Assembly: GCA_964035545.1 (NCBI GenBank)
Contig: OZ037773.1
Location: forward strand, 2,323,751-2,387,750
Source of the DNA: Bugula neritina
Lineage: Eukaryota > Animalia > Bryozoa
Length of the DNA: 64,000 bases
Reading direction: 5' to 3'
The position numbers and the translations under genes were made by a program. Position 1 is the first letter of the stretch. Each line of letters starts with the position of its first letter. Shown here in pieces: positions 13,173-25,911 of the stretch. The notes below the pieces were generated by a model that was not told the DNA's origin, did no database searches, and saw nothing but the letters and a program-made list of their open reading frames with translations.

Positions 13173-14923
13173 TACTACAATCAGTATGTTTCAAGCTTCT
13201 AAATTTGAGTTTGAAAGTTCTCTGTCTCTCAGCTGCCGATTGCTGTCCAACAGACATAATAGACACAATATCGGATATATGAGGTGCATCCAGAATTGCA
13301 AATTTTTAATATTATGTCAATTTGTCCCCTCTCTAAAAAAGCAACATGTTTTAAATCATGTAAAATCCTCATTTTATGCTATTTATTGATAGAAATAGAT
13401 TGTATAAATTTGTACTCACATTGTAGATATGTAATGGGAGTTATGACCACCCGTACACTGAACCAAAATAATGCACCTGTTCATATTATAACTGGATCAG
13501 CTGTAAGTCAACCACTTGCTAGCACTTGACCTCTCTGTGTATTAATTTCTGTTATATTTATGACTTTTCATATCTACAATGCAGTGTATTGTTTGTTGCT
13601 AAGGGCATGCAAAGCGGCCATGATGCATTTGAACCGGAAGTGCCATTTTGGAGTGCGTACCGCACACAGAACTATGGGTACAGTCGTCTGCATCTAACCA
13701 ACGCTACACATATGCTTGTGGAATGGGTAAGTGTTGCGATTGTACATGTTCAGGGGAGAGTAACTCCTGGCCAATTCTCTCTTTCAATGCAAAGTTGTAA
13801 ACAATAAGTGAAGTATAATTACTTCTTTAATAATTAGTTATAGATTGGTCCATTCTAGTGGAAAGCTCCATTTTGGTTTTTTAAATCGGGATTCTGTTTT
13901 TTTATGAGTTTAGTTTTATGAGAGACTAAAACTAAAATAATCTTTCATATTTCCCCAAGTTAGAGTAATATTAAACCATTAAAATGTAGCTCATTCAGAA
14001 AAATTGTAGTTTGACTTTCGTGTTTAGGCTCAAAGACACATCTTTCATATGGCATTAGCTTGTGTCAATACTCATTTTTCATTTGACCATTTTGCATTTA
14101 ATGCTGTATTACATTGCATGATTATATAATAAGTTTTTGTCTTTATTAAAAACTAAAATAACCTGGTATCCCAGCTGTGATGCTCACTTTAGTCAAGCCC
14201 CCTACCTCCTCCCCTAACAACTAAGTTAGGTATCTTGAAAATGTTTCATTTTATTTTAGCTCTTTAGACAATTTTGGTTATTAAAGTCACTGCGACCTAA
14301 TTTATTAGTATATATTAAACATAATCAAACTGTTTGAACAAGAAATCATAAATATAAAGATAGAAACCACAAAAGCCATTAAAACACTCCCAAGAGTTAT
14401 CTATTCTCTGTTTTCACGATGATTTGACTGTCTAGTTAACTATAGCTGTCTAAAAAGCTAAACAAAGGTCAACAATTTTTTCTGTTTCCCACATCAGTCA
14501 TACTCAGTCGCAGAAGGTAGGGCTGTAACTGAACCTAACATCTTGCACATGTACGTATGTATGTTGCTAATTACAAAGCTCACTAGAACCTTCTCAACAA
14601 TTTCTCATCTTTTCTCAGCTGATACTATTTGAATAAGCAGCAGGTATTGGATGTTATAGCTGTCAGGACTATATATATAACAAGTCACAGACATGCAGAA
14701 TATTATTTCCAGTTACAATATGAACAGTTTACACATAAACTTGTATGAGTGAGTGATGACAACAGCTCTCTTCAACATGAGCAAATCATTCTAGTGTAGG
14801 CTCTCCTCCTTTCAAGTTGACGATGAACAGGATGGTAAAGTAACAGACTCAATCTGGGTTATAAAAAATAAACACGGAGCTGGCACTTATGATTGTCACC
14901 TCAAAGAGGAGAAACGCTGGTAA
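12850..14923 (+). pseudogene. ACP7: ACP7-like purple acid phosphatase, last four exons, disabled
   Basis: Exons 12850-12954, 13427-13502 (insertion giving TAA and a frameshift), 13604-13726 and 14816-14923 (acceptor CAG>CAA). No 5' exons found in the window. Confidence 0.85.
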
Positions 14924-15991
14924 TCTCCCCCAACTACTGCTGTTACATATTGAGCTAAGATGGTGCTTGTAATTCATAGAAGAAACTTTTAACTTAATAT
15001 TGTCATTATGAAACTGGGCTCAATCATTTAGTCTATTAGTAATAGTCAAAAGTCAAACTGCAATAAATTAGTGTCAGTACAGTTATAATTCTCAAGTGTC
15101 AACTATAATATAGTGCGCGTATATAGTATGTGTGTAGAATATAATATATAATAATATATATTATAATATAGTTGCATACTTCATATTACTATTTTATTTC
15201 ACTAATGAACATCTAGTATCTTGTTTTATGTGCTTATCAAAACTTAAAATTTTACAAGTCTTCATAAGCCGTAAACCAAGCTGCTTCCACATTATATATT
15301 TTTGCTGATGTGCGTTATATAAAATGAATTATCTGTTGATATTTTATGCAAGAGGTGGCTTCTTTATTTTATATACATATATCTCATTTGTGTTTATAAT
15401 ATGTATGATTTTGATATGGGTTTCTAAATAATAAATATGCTGTTTATATCATGTACAACTTGCGCTGTACTATAGTATATTATATTATATATTACTATAA
15501 TATTATGTCGTACTATTTTATACAGTGTTGTATAATATTACTGAGCTATGCTATATACTATAATATATTACTTAACTATAATACATAATATTACTGTGTC
15601 ATAATATGATAGTAACTCTGCTATATATACTGTATTATATGATATTACTGCACTGATCAGAGCATACTATATTGGTGCTACATACTATATACTATCAGTA
15701 CTGTTAGTATAGTAGTTAGTAGCTTGTCATAATATAGATCTAATTTCCTGCTGGATGGTCAGTAGCATTTGCTCTGTAATTAATATGCACTTGAAATCTG
15801 CCAGCATTTCGATACCCAGTCCGTTTTGTTGCTTGACCTTGACACTTGTAACGGAATCAATATTGAACATTTCTGTAAGATGTAAAATTTTAATTAAACG
15901 AGTTAGGTACATAAATTTAAAGTATTTCATCAGTAAAAGCAGTCAGCTTGTTTGTGTTTTGGAGTGAGGCAGTCTATGAGAAACTAGTCTG

Positions 15992-16927
15992 ATGGAGAAT
16001 AGCAGCGTTCTGTGCGGTGACATCACTGACTTTTGTGTAGACTCTACTAGATCCGCAGCGTTTTCATCTTTCAACATTTTCAGTGTTATATTCAACATCA
16101 TCAATTTGGTTTTCCTGAAGAAGTTAGACAAATCCAAAAGAAACGCATCATTTTGGATAATAGTGAACATCGGTATCTGTGACGTTGTGACTTGCTCCTC
16201 CTTTTCTCTGGCAGTCAGCTGTGAATTGAACAGACAAATCATAACTTTACCAGCAGTTGGTGCTCGAACCTTTCAAGTTATAGTGATTACATTTGGCTTT
16301 GTCTCAATTGTTGCTAGAAATTTTGTATTGGAGACTGGCGGCTATGAGCGATACGTCTCCATCTGTCAGCCTTATCAAGTGAGCTATAACAAAGTGGTTA
16401 GCAATATGAAACTCTTCTTGGCCATTGTTTGGATATTTACCTTTGCTCTTATGACTATCACTATTGCCACTGATACCACCAAGTATTGCTTTGGTGAGTT
16501 CGGAGCTATCCCAAATGACTCCAATCCACAGACTAGTGTTGCGTTTGTTGGATCCATTACAACAGCTTTTGTCATCTCTGTCATCTGCTTATCTAAGACT
16601 TGGAGAGAGTTGAAGAGAATGCAGTCCAGAAGTACAGTTCCAGGAAAAGATGATCTGATAGTGAAGAGATCTGCCCAGTATATTATAATAATCTTCATCA
16701 CTCTTTACTTGTCCTACATTCCAACAGCCATATCCTTAGTTTGTAATAACCTTAATGATAGTTTAAAGGGCTTAGGATATTTGGCCAGATGGATTTCTTT
16801 CTATTACATTACAATTTTTAGCATTCTTAATGTTGTAATATATTTCATCATGACCCCAGGCTACCGTATTCATGTGATGAATTTACTCATGTTGAAGACT
16901 CCAACAGTTGGTCAAATTAAATCTTAG
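15992..16927 (+). CDS. Intronless 7TM rhodopsin-like GPCR (orphan/chemoreceptor-like), 311 aa
   Basis: Seven hydrophobic segments, TM2 NIGICD, TM3 YERYVSICQP (E/DRY motif), TM4 W, TM6 SYIP, TM7 NVVIY. Confidence 0.88.
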   Translation: MENSSVLCGDITDFCVDSTRSAAFSSFNIFSVIFNIINLVFLKKLDKSKRNASFWIIVNIGICDVVTCSSFSLAVSCELNRQIITLPAVGARTFQVIVITFGFVSIVARNFVLETGGYERYVSICQPYQVSYNKVVSNMKLFLAIVWIFTFALMTITIATDTTKYCFGEFGAIPNDSNPQTSVAFVGSITTAFVISVICLSKTWRELKRMQSRSTVPGKDDLIVKRSAQYIIIIFITLYLSYIPTAISLVCNNLNDSLKGLGYLARWISFYYITIFSILNVVIYFIMTPGYRIHVMNLLMLKTPTVGQIKS

Positions 16928-18791
16928 ACCATTACTATGATACAAGTTGTTGTAGTAGTTTTGTTAAACAATGTTCATGCTTGCTACATATTGTAACCAT
17001 AATTGTTTGATGTTGCTATGACAACATGAGAAATAATATATTTTGTTATGATATTTAAAAAACCCGCCATGAAAAAGATATGTTGTGTAGAGTAATGCTT
17101 TGAATAAATGTTAAATGTATTCTGTATTCCTATTAAATTGTGAACAAAATTTACAAAGGAAAGAAGTGTAGGAGTTGGCGGAACAGGAAGTTAGTGGTCT
17201 GAGTCCCGTCACATGATATGTTTGAAAGAGTATCCACTCATAGTTTCTCCTGCATGTGCAGCGTTTAAAAAATTTCTCAGCAGGCTTTAAATTAAAACCT
17301 TTTCATTAGATGTTCTCACGATAAACACTATAAACTTATATAATTATGAGCTTTTCGAGGCTTCGAATACACTTGCATATATGTTAATATAATATGGAAG
17401 CAATCGGTATATTATCAGCTCTGTGTAATGCCTAGATAGCTTTCCAACCAGAATGCACTGTTTTCAAAACAAAAAATGAATATGCAATTGATAACTCTAT
17501 AGTCTATACTCCGTACCAATAATTTCCGCGTGTGTAGCCCCTCTACGCCTCATAAAGAGGATAACTTGTAAAAGGTTGATAATAATAATATGTTCTTTAC
17601 GCTACCAGTCTATGCAACGCAGACACTCTTGAAATATTCAACAGCTACTAAAATTTAGGTTGCAGGCAAATTGGCGATCAACAATATTGAGGGGGGGGGA
17701 ATAAAGCTATTTGATTAGCAAGTCTCATGAGTATTTTGTAAGTCTCAAATAATTATTTATATTTCATCTTTATATATACTGGAACTTATTTATTTAACAT
17801 GATAGCTCATTTTTTCACTTTATTATTTTATTTAATAAAAGTGAAGTTTATTTTGTATCAAACATAATATTATATAACAGCTTCCAAGTGGGTTCAAGTC
17901 ATAATGATCACTTTGTTTTCACCTAGACCATGTAGTTAAGCAAATGGTTAGTTTGAAACACCCTGCTGGGTGAGTATGGAGATAACAGAGCTTAATCTAG
18001 CCAAGAAATGTAAAGCATAGCTATAGCATTAAATACAGTTGTTACGCACTAGCTTGGTACATCATACTTCACTATAATTATACTAATAGTAAGCAGCAGC
18101 TTTGGAACTCAAATTCTTAGGGTTGAATAGTAGATGTGGTGAGATCCATAACTAAAGCTGCACAGAAAAGCTAAATGTATTAGGAGTTCTACAGTTGATA
18201 TAATATTTGTGCGCATACTACATAATTTAATTTTTGTTAGGAGAAGGCTGATTCTAGCTTTCAACTGGTCCACTACTCCAGTCTAGCCAAGGTTCACCAA
18301 GGTTTAAGCTTTGAATTTTCTAGAGTCTAGACAAGCATTATCTGTGGATTATTGGTGTAAGTTATGAATCCTATCATAAATCTACTATACAGCTCACTGC
18401 AGCTCTAATAACTCTACTTCTGTAATGGTGTGACTGCAGGTAAAATCTGAACAGTAGCTATGAGTTGCTAAGGTGCCACCCATTAATGTTTATTATAGAC
18501 AACAGCAACTAAACAAATTGCACCAGGAGTCTGCTTCAACATAACTATTTTGATTTGTGAAGTCTGGGATGGACAATTCCTGGAATGCAGGTTAAGCCTG
18601 ATAGAAGATTATACTTTTTACTCAGTTGTTTATGTATACACTATACTTTACATAGTTTATATAAATTTAAATAGAACATGTTGATGAGTGAGTGCATTGC
18701 AAACTTTATAGAGCCCAATATATATCTAGAAGGTGTATCAATAATTTATTATTCAAAGGTTTGAACAACTCTACAAGTAAACATTTAAAGT

Positions 18792-18807
18792 GGCCCTGAA
18801 AAGGGCC
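18792..18807 (-). terminator. Histone 3' stem-loop of chimeric gene copy 1
   Basis: Reverse complement is GGCCCTTTTCAGGGCC, a perfect stem, about 44 nt after the TGA at 18851-18853 and embedded in H2B 3' flank sequence. Confidence 0.93.
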
Positions 18808-18850
18808 GTTGGGGTTAGTAGCGGAGCTTGGAGAGATTACTAACAGGTTG

Positions 18851-20301
18851 TCATAGACTAGAATGCGAGATTTCTTCGTCCACATGTCGACTGAGAAGTA
18901 GTTGCAGCAAAGTATTTTGTCTTTGCTTTACCTGTATAAAAAAATATTATACGTTAACAAATGGAACTGTTGTTAACATGGGTTTTTTAATAAATTGTAG
19001 TAGCTACAGATTAGAAATAAGTTTGCTTATTTTGCAATCAAGAAACAAAATTATCTTTCATAATTGTTGCCTACCTCATGAGTTGCTCGGCTTTGTAACT
19101 GTGAAGCCAGTTGGGTTAATATTTTGTCACTAAGGGTAAACCTTTCGCCACACTCCAAAGCTGCAGTCTTCAATGCTCTTAGAAGTATCTTGTCCTCAGC
19201 TCTAAAAGTATACCATCCCCATATTGCATGATTTATATTCTTCAACTTCAACAATGCATTTAAATGTAAAGTGCCACTGAAAGTACTGTGATAAAACTGT
19301 GGGTTTGAATGTAGCTAGTTGCCCTGCATGCTATAGTTATGAAGAACAGGTCGAAAAATTGTGTATAAATTATGGTAGCTTTATTGTGTAGAATAATATA
19401 ATAGGTCTGCATCCAGCGAGCTCCAGTAGTAGACTGAACTACACTGGAACTCGCTGGCTTTTATATACAAGCAGAACAAAGACATTCCTTTGTTGCAGAA
19501 ATGCCAACGATTCAAATTTCAACAGAGTAAAATATCTTAGTTCTCTTCCAAAGCTCTTTTCTAGTGGCCTATAGGTTCATTTTAAGTTACAAACGAAGAT
19601 TAGGTGAGTCAGATTTCACTTTTAGAAAGTAAGCTTCTGCACCAATATGCAATTTCAACGATTTTCAGTTTGACTATTAAAAGGGGTACTTTTTTCAGCA
19701 AAGGTATAAACAAAACTTCAGTACAGGGCGTCAACTTTATAACATTAAGTTTATACAATAGAGGAATTACCTTGTCCACGGTGCTATGACTGGTTGACCT
19801 GGGAGAGGTAAAGCTGGTGTGAGCTCCTTGGGGTCTGTACGGAGAGTAATGACCTCTGCAAATAACATCAGAAAGTAAAGATTATGCACAATTTACAAGT
19901 TGAAAAGAGAAATTTAGCAGCATAGGCTGAAGAAGTGCAATCTGAAACTTGCATTTACAGGAGTACAGCCGGTCACACATTACACTTCATCGGCCAATGT
20001 TATAGAGTTGAGTTTGAGCCAACATGATACACTCTACTTAAACAAACATTGGCTTGGGTATATTACAATACAGAAAAAAAATTTCTACACTCAAAACTCT
20101 ATAAAACTTACCATTACTGAGAGATAAATGACAGCCTTTAGTGTCATCATCACCTTCCTCATTCAGCTGACTCGGTGGGGGATCCAAGTGACGGTAATAG
20201 GCAGGTCTCAGGCCCCTGCGAGGTCCAGTACGTCCAGACATTCGAGCTGCTTTAGCTTTTCCTGCTTTCTTGGCACCTTTGTAGCTAACTTTAAGAGGCA
20301 T
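18851..20301 (-). CDS. Chimeric spliced gene, copy 1: H2B N-tail fused to a FLASH/GON4L-like SANT/Myb domain, 160 aa
   Basis: Exons 20301-20112, 19855-19771, 19201-19075 and 18931-18851. All introns are GT-AG with compatible phases 1, 2, 0. Protein [160 protein letters not shown]. Confidence 0.8.
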
Positions 20302-20560
20302 GCTATTCAGTTAGTGATAATGTTGAATTCTTGTTCTTGATGTAATGACTGCAACAATAGTTTGATGCTAAATGATGTTCAGATCTTAGGGCACTCTGTA
20401 TTTATATGTATCAACAGTAGTTAGAAATTATCCAATCAGATGGCGGTAGCTTAAACTGCCGCCTTAGTGTGCCCTAATGTTTACATTGAAAACAATTATT
20501 TGTCATAGACCAATGAAACTCGTAGAGCAATCTAATTTGCATATCTTATACAATATAGCC
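20302..20560 (-). promoter_or_regulatory. H2B promoter upstream of chimeric gene copy 1
   Basis: TATA (tatttata 20399-20406 on +), CCAAT 20432-20436, octamer ATTTGCAT 20535-20542. Inverted copy of 9790-10035. Confidence 0.8.
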
Positions 20561-21940
20561 AAGACAAACTGTTGGGGAAATAGGTAGGCAACTTCGAGTT
20601 GAATTCCAATAAGTTACTCTAAACTTTGAAATAATATTGTACTTTTCAACAATTATTGATATAATGTAAATTTTGACTTAAGTTTGTATATAACATCATT
20701 ATAGTGCATAGCTTATTTATTTTTATTTAGCCAGAACTTTAAACTTTTTAAAAAGTTTGGTCACTTTTAAAAGGCAAAACGTGAATTATTAAATATCTCT
20801 TTAAAAAAAAACATTACTCACTCCAAATAATCAGTATTGTGCTCACCAATCTATCCATAAGTTCACATAGTGGCACTTGTGTATTTACTCATATACAGTG
20901 TGAAAACTGCAGATAACTTCATTACTAGTATGACTATAAAATTACCTAAATAACCATGGGAATAGCTGAACTCCTATCATTCAATACAAGCAAGGTATAG
21001 ATAGTTTCTTCTTGATGCACAGCCTGGATATTTTTCTTATTAAGAAATCACAGGTGTGAGAATGGCTAAGGAAATTATTATTTTTAGCCTACAATTAATA
21101 AACTATACACAGATTAAATAAATAATTAAAATAGGCTATAGCAAACTATAGATATGTAGCTATACTTAACTAAAACTTCAGGTTAATTATAATATTGTGT
21201 TTATTAGAAATAATGTAATGTCATATATTTACGAACTCAATCATACTCTTTCTAATGAAATGGCTTCCAATATGATTACCCAGCCAACAGTTTATACTAG
21301 CATTGGGTAGAGAGTAGACAACTCTAGATAAAAACAATTTGTAAAAAGTATAGGGTGTGGTGCGGGCAGGAATTGTGTGGTTGTAGATACTATGATCTGT
21401 TTGACTAGATTGTTTAAAGTAGAGACAGGGGAATACATGTGTTAGAAATAAACATGTCCTACGTTTGTTTAATAATTGTTTAGGAATTTTTATGAGTAGT
21501 AATTTGTATTTTAAATATACATGCATAGATCCCACTGTCAGTTATAATGCATTATAAATATTTGTAAAGATTTTGGTTGTTCCCCATAATAAATGTATTT
21601 TTATAGAGAATCTAAGCTTATGCAGCCTAATAGCTTGCATATATTGCTTACTTCAGTTAAAACCATTATAAAATATAATTATGTATAATAAATCTGTATG
21701 TTTATAGTTTCTTACATGTAGTTAAACATTTGTATATTGTTGAGGTTTTAATAAACTTGGGAAAAATTGCCCTATAAACCAATACTATATTAAAGTGCCA
21801 TGCAAACAAAATTTTAAAAAAATTACAACCCAAAGTTGAAATCATTTTAAGGTTGAATGTTTTACCTTGCTTACTCCTAAAAGTAAGCTTTTTATGTAGT
21901 TGAATTAGATTTTTATTTATAGTATGCTATCTAGCTAAAA

Positions 21941-22090
21941 TTGCGATCCACCATAACAAGTCAGGAAATACAGGCTGCTGTGAAGCTCATTTTGCTGTCA
22001 CAGCCTAGTTCTTTCTGCATGGAGAAAGAGCTAACTTTGCTGTAAGTGAAGGTGGCCAAAGGTGTCAGAAAATACACCAGTGAAAAATAG
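21941..22090 (+). pseudogene. H2B: H2B 3' remnant (YTSEK* class)
   Basis: RSTITSQEIQAAVKLIL...KGVRKYTSEK*. Paralogous to the 3' half of 51593-51973. Confidence 0.75.
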
Positions 22091-22164
22091 TTGCCCCACC
22101 AGGATTCGAACCTGGGTGCTCTGGTTTGCTAACAAACGTGCTAACCATCGACCACAGAGGCAAC
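22091..22164 (-). mobile_element. tRNA-like/SINE head abutting the H2B remnant stop codon
   Basis: Minus strand gcctctgTGGTCGATGGttagc...ccaGGTTCGAATCCtgg, with A and B boxes and a T-arm. The acceptor stem is imperfect. Confidence 0.65.
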
Positions 22165-23630
22165 TAGAATACAGCAACACTATACACTTTAGGAACAGTG
22201 TTTTTTTGAATAAACTCTTGTGGAGCTTATTAGTTTATATTATTGCAATGTAAATAAAACACCATCATTGAACTCTGCCATGAAATGTTTCATTGAATGT
22301 TATAAAGTATTGCAGCAGCTTTGGGGCTCTTTGCAAATATGTTCAAATTTTACCTGCACTCACACCATTGCAAAAAATAGGGTTATGAGAACTGTGAGTT
22401 GAATAGTAGATATGATAGGATTCATAACTTACACCAATAATCTGTAGATAATACTTGTCTAGAGTCTAGAAAATTCCAAACCTAAACAAATATTTTTTTT
22501 ATTAAGGATTACCCACCCTGAACCTCCGCTAGACTGGAGTAGCCATACTCACCTAGCATGGTGTTTCAAACTAACCATTTACTTGACTATACGTGGTCTA
22601 GGTCAGAACTCAAGTGATCATTGGCTTGAACCTACATGGAAGCTGTTATAGAATATGTTTGATACAAAATAAACTTGGTGTTTATTAAATAAAAAGTGAA
22701 GGGAAAAAAATTAGCTATCTGTTAAATAAATGAGTTCCAGCTAGTATATATAAAGATGAAACATAAATAATTATTTGAGACTTACAAAATACTCATGAGA
22801 CTTGCTATTCAAATAGCTTTATTCCGCCCCCCCCCCCTCGAATATTGCTGATCGCCAATTTGCCTGCAACCTAAATTTTAGTAGCTGTTGAATATTTCAA
22901 GAGTGTCTGCATTGCATAGACTAGTAGCGTAAAGAACATATTATCAACCTTTTACAAGTTATCCTCTTTATGAGGCGTAGAGGGGCTACACACACACAGG
23001 GATTATTGGTATAGACTACAGAGTTATCCATTGCATATTCATTTTTTGTTTTGAAAACAGTGCATTTTGGTTGGAAAGTAATTTATGCATTACACAGAGC
23101 TGATAATATTATACTGATTGCTTTCATATTATGTCAATATATTATATGCAAGTGTATTCGTAGCACCAAAAAGTTCATATGAGTTTAGAGTGTCTATTGT
23201 GAGAACCTCTGATGAAAAGTTTTTAATTTAAAGCCTGCTAAGAAAATATTTACATGTGGCACATGAGAAGTTATGAGTGGATACTCTTTTGAACATAGCA
23301 GGTGTGTGGACTAAAACCACTAACTTAGTGTCAATTCACTAACTCCTGCGCCAAGACTGATTTCCTTTGTAACCTTTCTTTTCAATTTAATACTAATTAA
23401 CATAAAAATTAACTTTAAAACATTTATTAAGAGCATTACTTAACACAACATGTCTTTTTCATGACTGACTTTTAAATATCATAACATAATATACGATTTC
23501 ATAATTTAATTCATGTTGCCATGTCAACTTCATACAATTATGGTTACAATATATAATCATTCTTCCACATTAAAACTACAGCAAGCATGAACGTTTAACA
23601 AAAATACAGTTATTTTATTATAGTAATGAT

Positions 23631-23735
23631 TTAAGATTCAATTTGGCCTGACTGTTGGAGTCTTCAACATGAGTAAATTCATCACATGAGTACGGTAGCC
23701 TGGGGTCATGATGAAATATATTATTACATTAAAAA
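23631..23735 (-). pseudogene. GPCR C-terminal fragment
   Basis: Reverse complement encodes NVIIYFIMTPGYRTHVMNLLMLKTPTVRPN-like sequence and joins directly to H2B upstream flank. Confidence 0.8.
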
Positions 23736-24283
23736 AAAAATGCCCACAATTATGATTATTTGGAGTGCGTAATGTTTTTTTTTGAAAGAAATATTTAATA
23801 ATTCTCATTTTGCCTTACAAAAGTGACCAAACTTTTTAAAAAGTTTAAAGTTCTGGTTAAATAAAAATAAATAAGCTATGCACTAATGATGTTATATACA
23901 AAGTTAGGTCAAAATCTACATTATATCAATAATTGTTGAAAAGTACAATATTATTTTGAAGTTTAAAGTAATTTATTGGAATTCAACTCAAAGTTGCCTA
24001 TACCAATTTCCCCAACAGTTTGACGTGGCTATATTGTATAAGATATGCAAATTAGATTGTTCTCCGAGTTTCATTGGTCTATGACAAATAATTGTTTTCA
24101 ATGTAAACATTAGGGCACACTAAGGCTTCAGTTTACGCACGCCATCTGATTGGATAATTTCTAACTACTGTTGATACATATAAATACAGCGTGCCCTAAG
24201 ATCTGAACATCATTTAGCATCAAACTACTGTTGCAGTCCCTACATCGAGAACAAGCATTCAACATTATCACTAACTGAACAGC

Positions 24284-24658
24284 ATGCCTCTTAAAGTTAG
24301 CTCCAAAGGTGCCAAGAAAGCAGCAAAGGCTAAAGGAGCTCCAATGTCTGGAGACAAGAGAGAACAAAGAAAAGGCAAAGGAAGTCCCAGCACATACATT
24401 ACTTACAATGTGTTGAAGCAAGTCCACCAAAACACTGGTGTATCTAGCAGCGCCATGAGGATCATGGAGAGCTTTGTCAATGATATGTTCCATATAGTAG
24501 TGAATGAAGCATCTAGATTGGCAGACTACAACAGGAAGTCCATGATAACAAGCCGAGAGGTAGAGACTGTCCTGAAGCTGATTCTGCCAGGAGAGTTGGC
24601 TAAGCATGCCGAGGCTGAGGGTACAAAGGCTGTAACTAAATACGCCAGCTCCAAGTAA
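24284..24658 (+). CDS. H2B: Divergent histone H2B variant, 124 aa, intact
   Basis: [32 protein letters not shown] and GTKAVTKY motifs. Promoter upstream, stem-loop downstream. Confidence 0.92.
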   Translation: MPLKVSSKGAKKAAKAKGAPMSGDKREQRKGKGSPSTYITYNVLKQVHQNTGVSSSAMRIMESFVNDMFHIVVNEASRLADYNRKSMITSREVETVLKLILPGELAKHAEAEGTKAVTKYASSK

Positions 24659-24685
24659 TCTCCAATCTCCATCACTAACCCCAAC

Positions 24686-24701
24686 GGCCCTTTTCAGGGC
24701 C
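24686..24701 (+). terminator. Histone 3' stem-loop
   Basis: GGCCCTTTTCAGGGCC. Confidence 0.95.
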
Positions 24702-25911
24702 ACTAATGTTTACTAGAAGAGTTGTTCAAACTTATGAATAATAAATTATTGATAAACCTTCTAGATATATATTGGGCTATATAAAGTTTGCAATGCACTC
24801 ACTTATCAACATATTCTATTTAAAATCTAAAATATGTAAAAAAGTGTATACATAAACAACTGAATAAAAAGTATACTCTTCTATCACGCGTGACCTGCAT
24901 TCCAGGAATTGTCCATCCCAGACTTCACAAATCAAAATAGTTATGTTGAAGCAGACTCCTGGTGCAACTTGTTCAGGTGCTGTTGTGTATAATAAACACG
25001 AATGGGTGGGTGGCCCATACTATAACTTATCAAAATCAAATCTCGCATCACTTATAACATTGAAGAGAAGTCAGATATTATCACAATATTCTAATAGTGT
25101 AATTCTCTCTATTGTTTAATAGCAGGTTCTATTCAATTATGATATATTGGGCTCTCTCTACAGTAGTAGTAACATGTGAAGACTTTGAGTATACAAGTAA
25201 GCAAATATTCTTGTTTACTTATCTCTGCATTGTTTAATAGGGTAGTTCTTATTATTCTAAAATACTTTTTATCTGAAGGCTATAAAGTTGCATTTTGTTA
25301 TTGTGTGTAACTGGCAGAGTACATATATTTTGGTATCAAACAGCAATAAAACGTATTAAATGCTAATATAACTATTTCAAAGATAAAAAGTTTCATGTTC
25401 CTGTGTTTGAAGCGGTATTTCCTCTATCTATTACAAATGAGCTATCAGCTAATAAAACCAAGTTAAACTTCAATTTATAATAGAGCAATGTCAACCAAAT
25501 TGATAAAAAGCATTAATATTGAGTAAAAAGGAAACTTCCTAAACTAAGGGAAGATAACTCTGAGTTTGTAGTTTTCAAAGCTGCGGGGAGGGGGGAAACG
25601 TTCTGTTGGTCAGAATAAATTAGAAAGTGGTGTGACTCATAAGGATACTATAGAATGTCTGCATACTAAAAGTTGACATTCTAGATGCTACAACAAAAGA
25701 GTGGCTACTGAGAGAATTACAGATACATCCAGGAAAGCAATATGATATTGTGCCATAGGCTCCACCCACCTGTCAATTTTTAGTCACAAATTTATTGAGA
25801 GATAGTTTTATAGGTTTACAATACTTCTAAAAAATATTCTAAAAGTATTACATTACACAAACAATTGCATACTCACAGTATACGATGTAGCATATGCTCT
25901 CAGTCTATAAT

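Noticed and set aside
18828-19133. Plus-strand 101-aa ORF conserved in two copies (also 37583-37888)
   Set aside because: Non-ATG start, antisense to exons 3-4 of the chimeric gene and spanning its intron. Conservation reflects recent duplication.
20038-20301. Unspliced 87-aa and 66-aa H2B-tail ORFs as simple truncated pseudogenes
   Set aside because: Both read through a strong G|GTAAGT donor. Their differing C-termini are intron sequence, and the spliced model gives the same open frame in both copies.
21221-21535. 104-aa minus-strand ORF in a stretch unique within the window
   Set aside because: Non-ATG start, no recognisable domain or convincing splice pattern. It cannot be supported without a search.
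22091-22164. Functional tRNA gene
   Set aside because: The acceptor stem is one base short and the anticodon arm pairs poorly and varies between copies. It is better treated as a SINE head or tRNA pseudogene.
24161-24703. Antisense ORFs over H2B and GPCR genes (for example 24161-24703, 47482-47814, 16384-16701, 15943-16242)
   Set aside because: Shadow frames of the real sense genes with no recognisable motifs.
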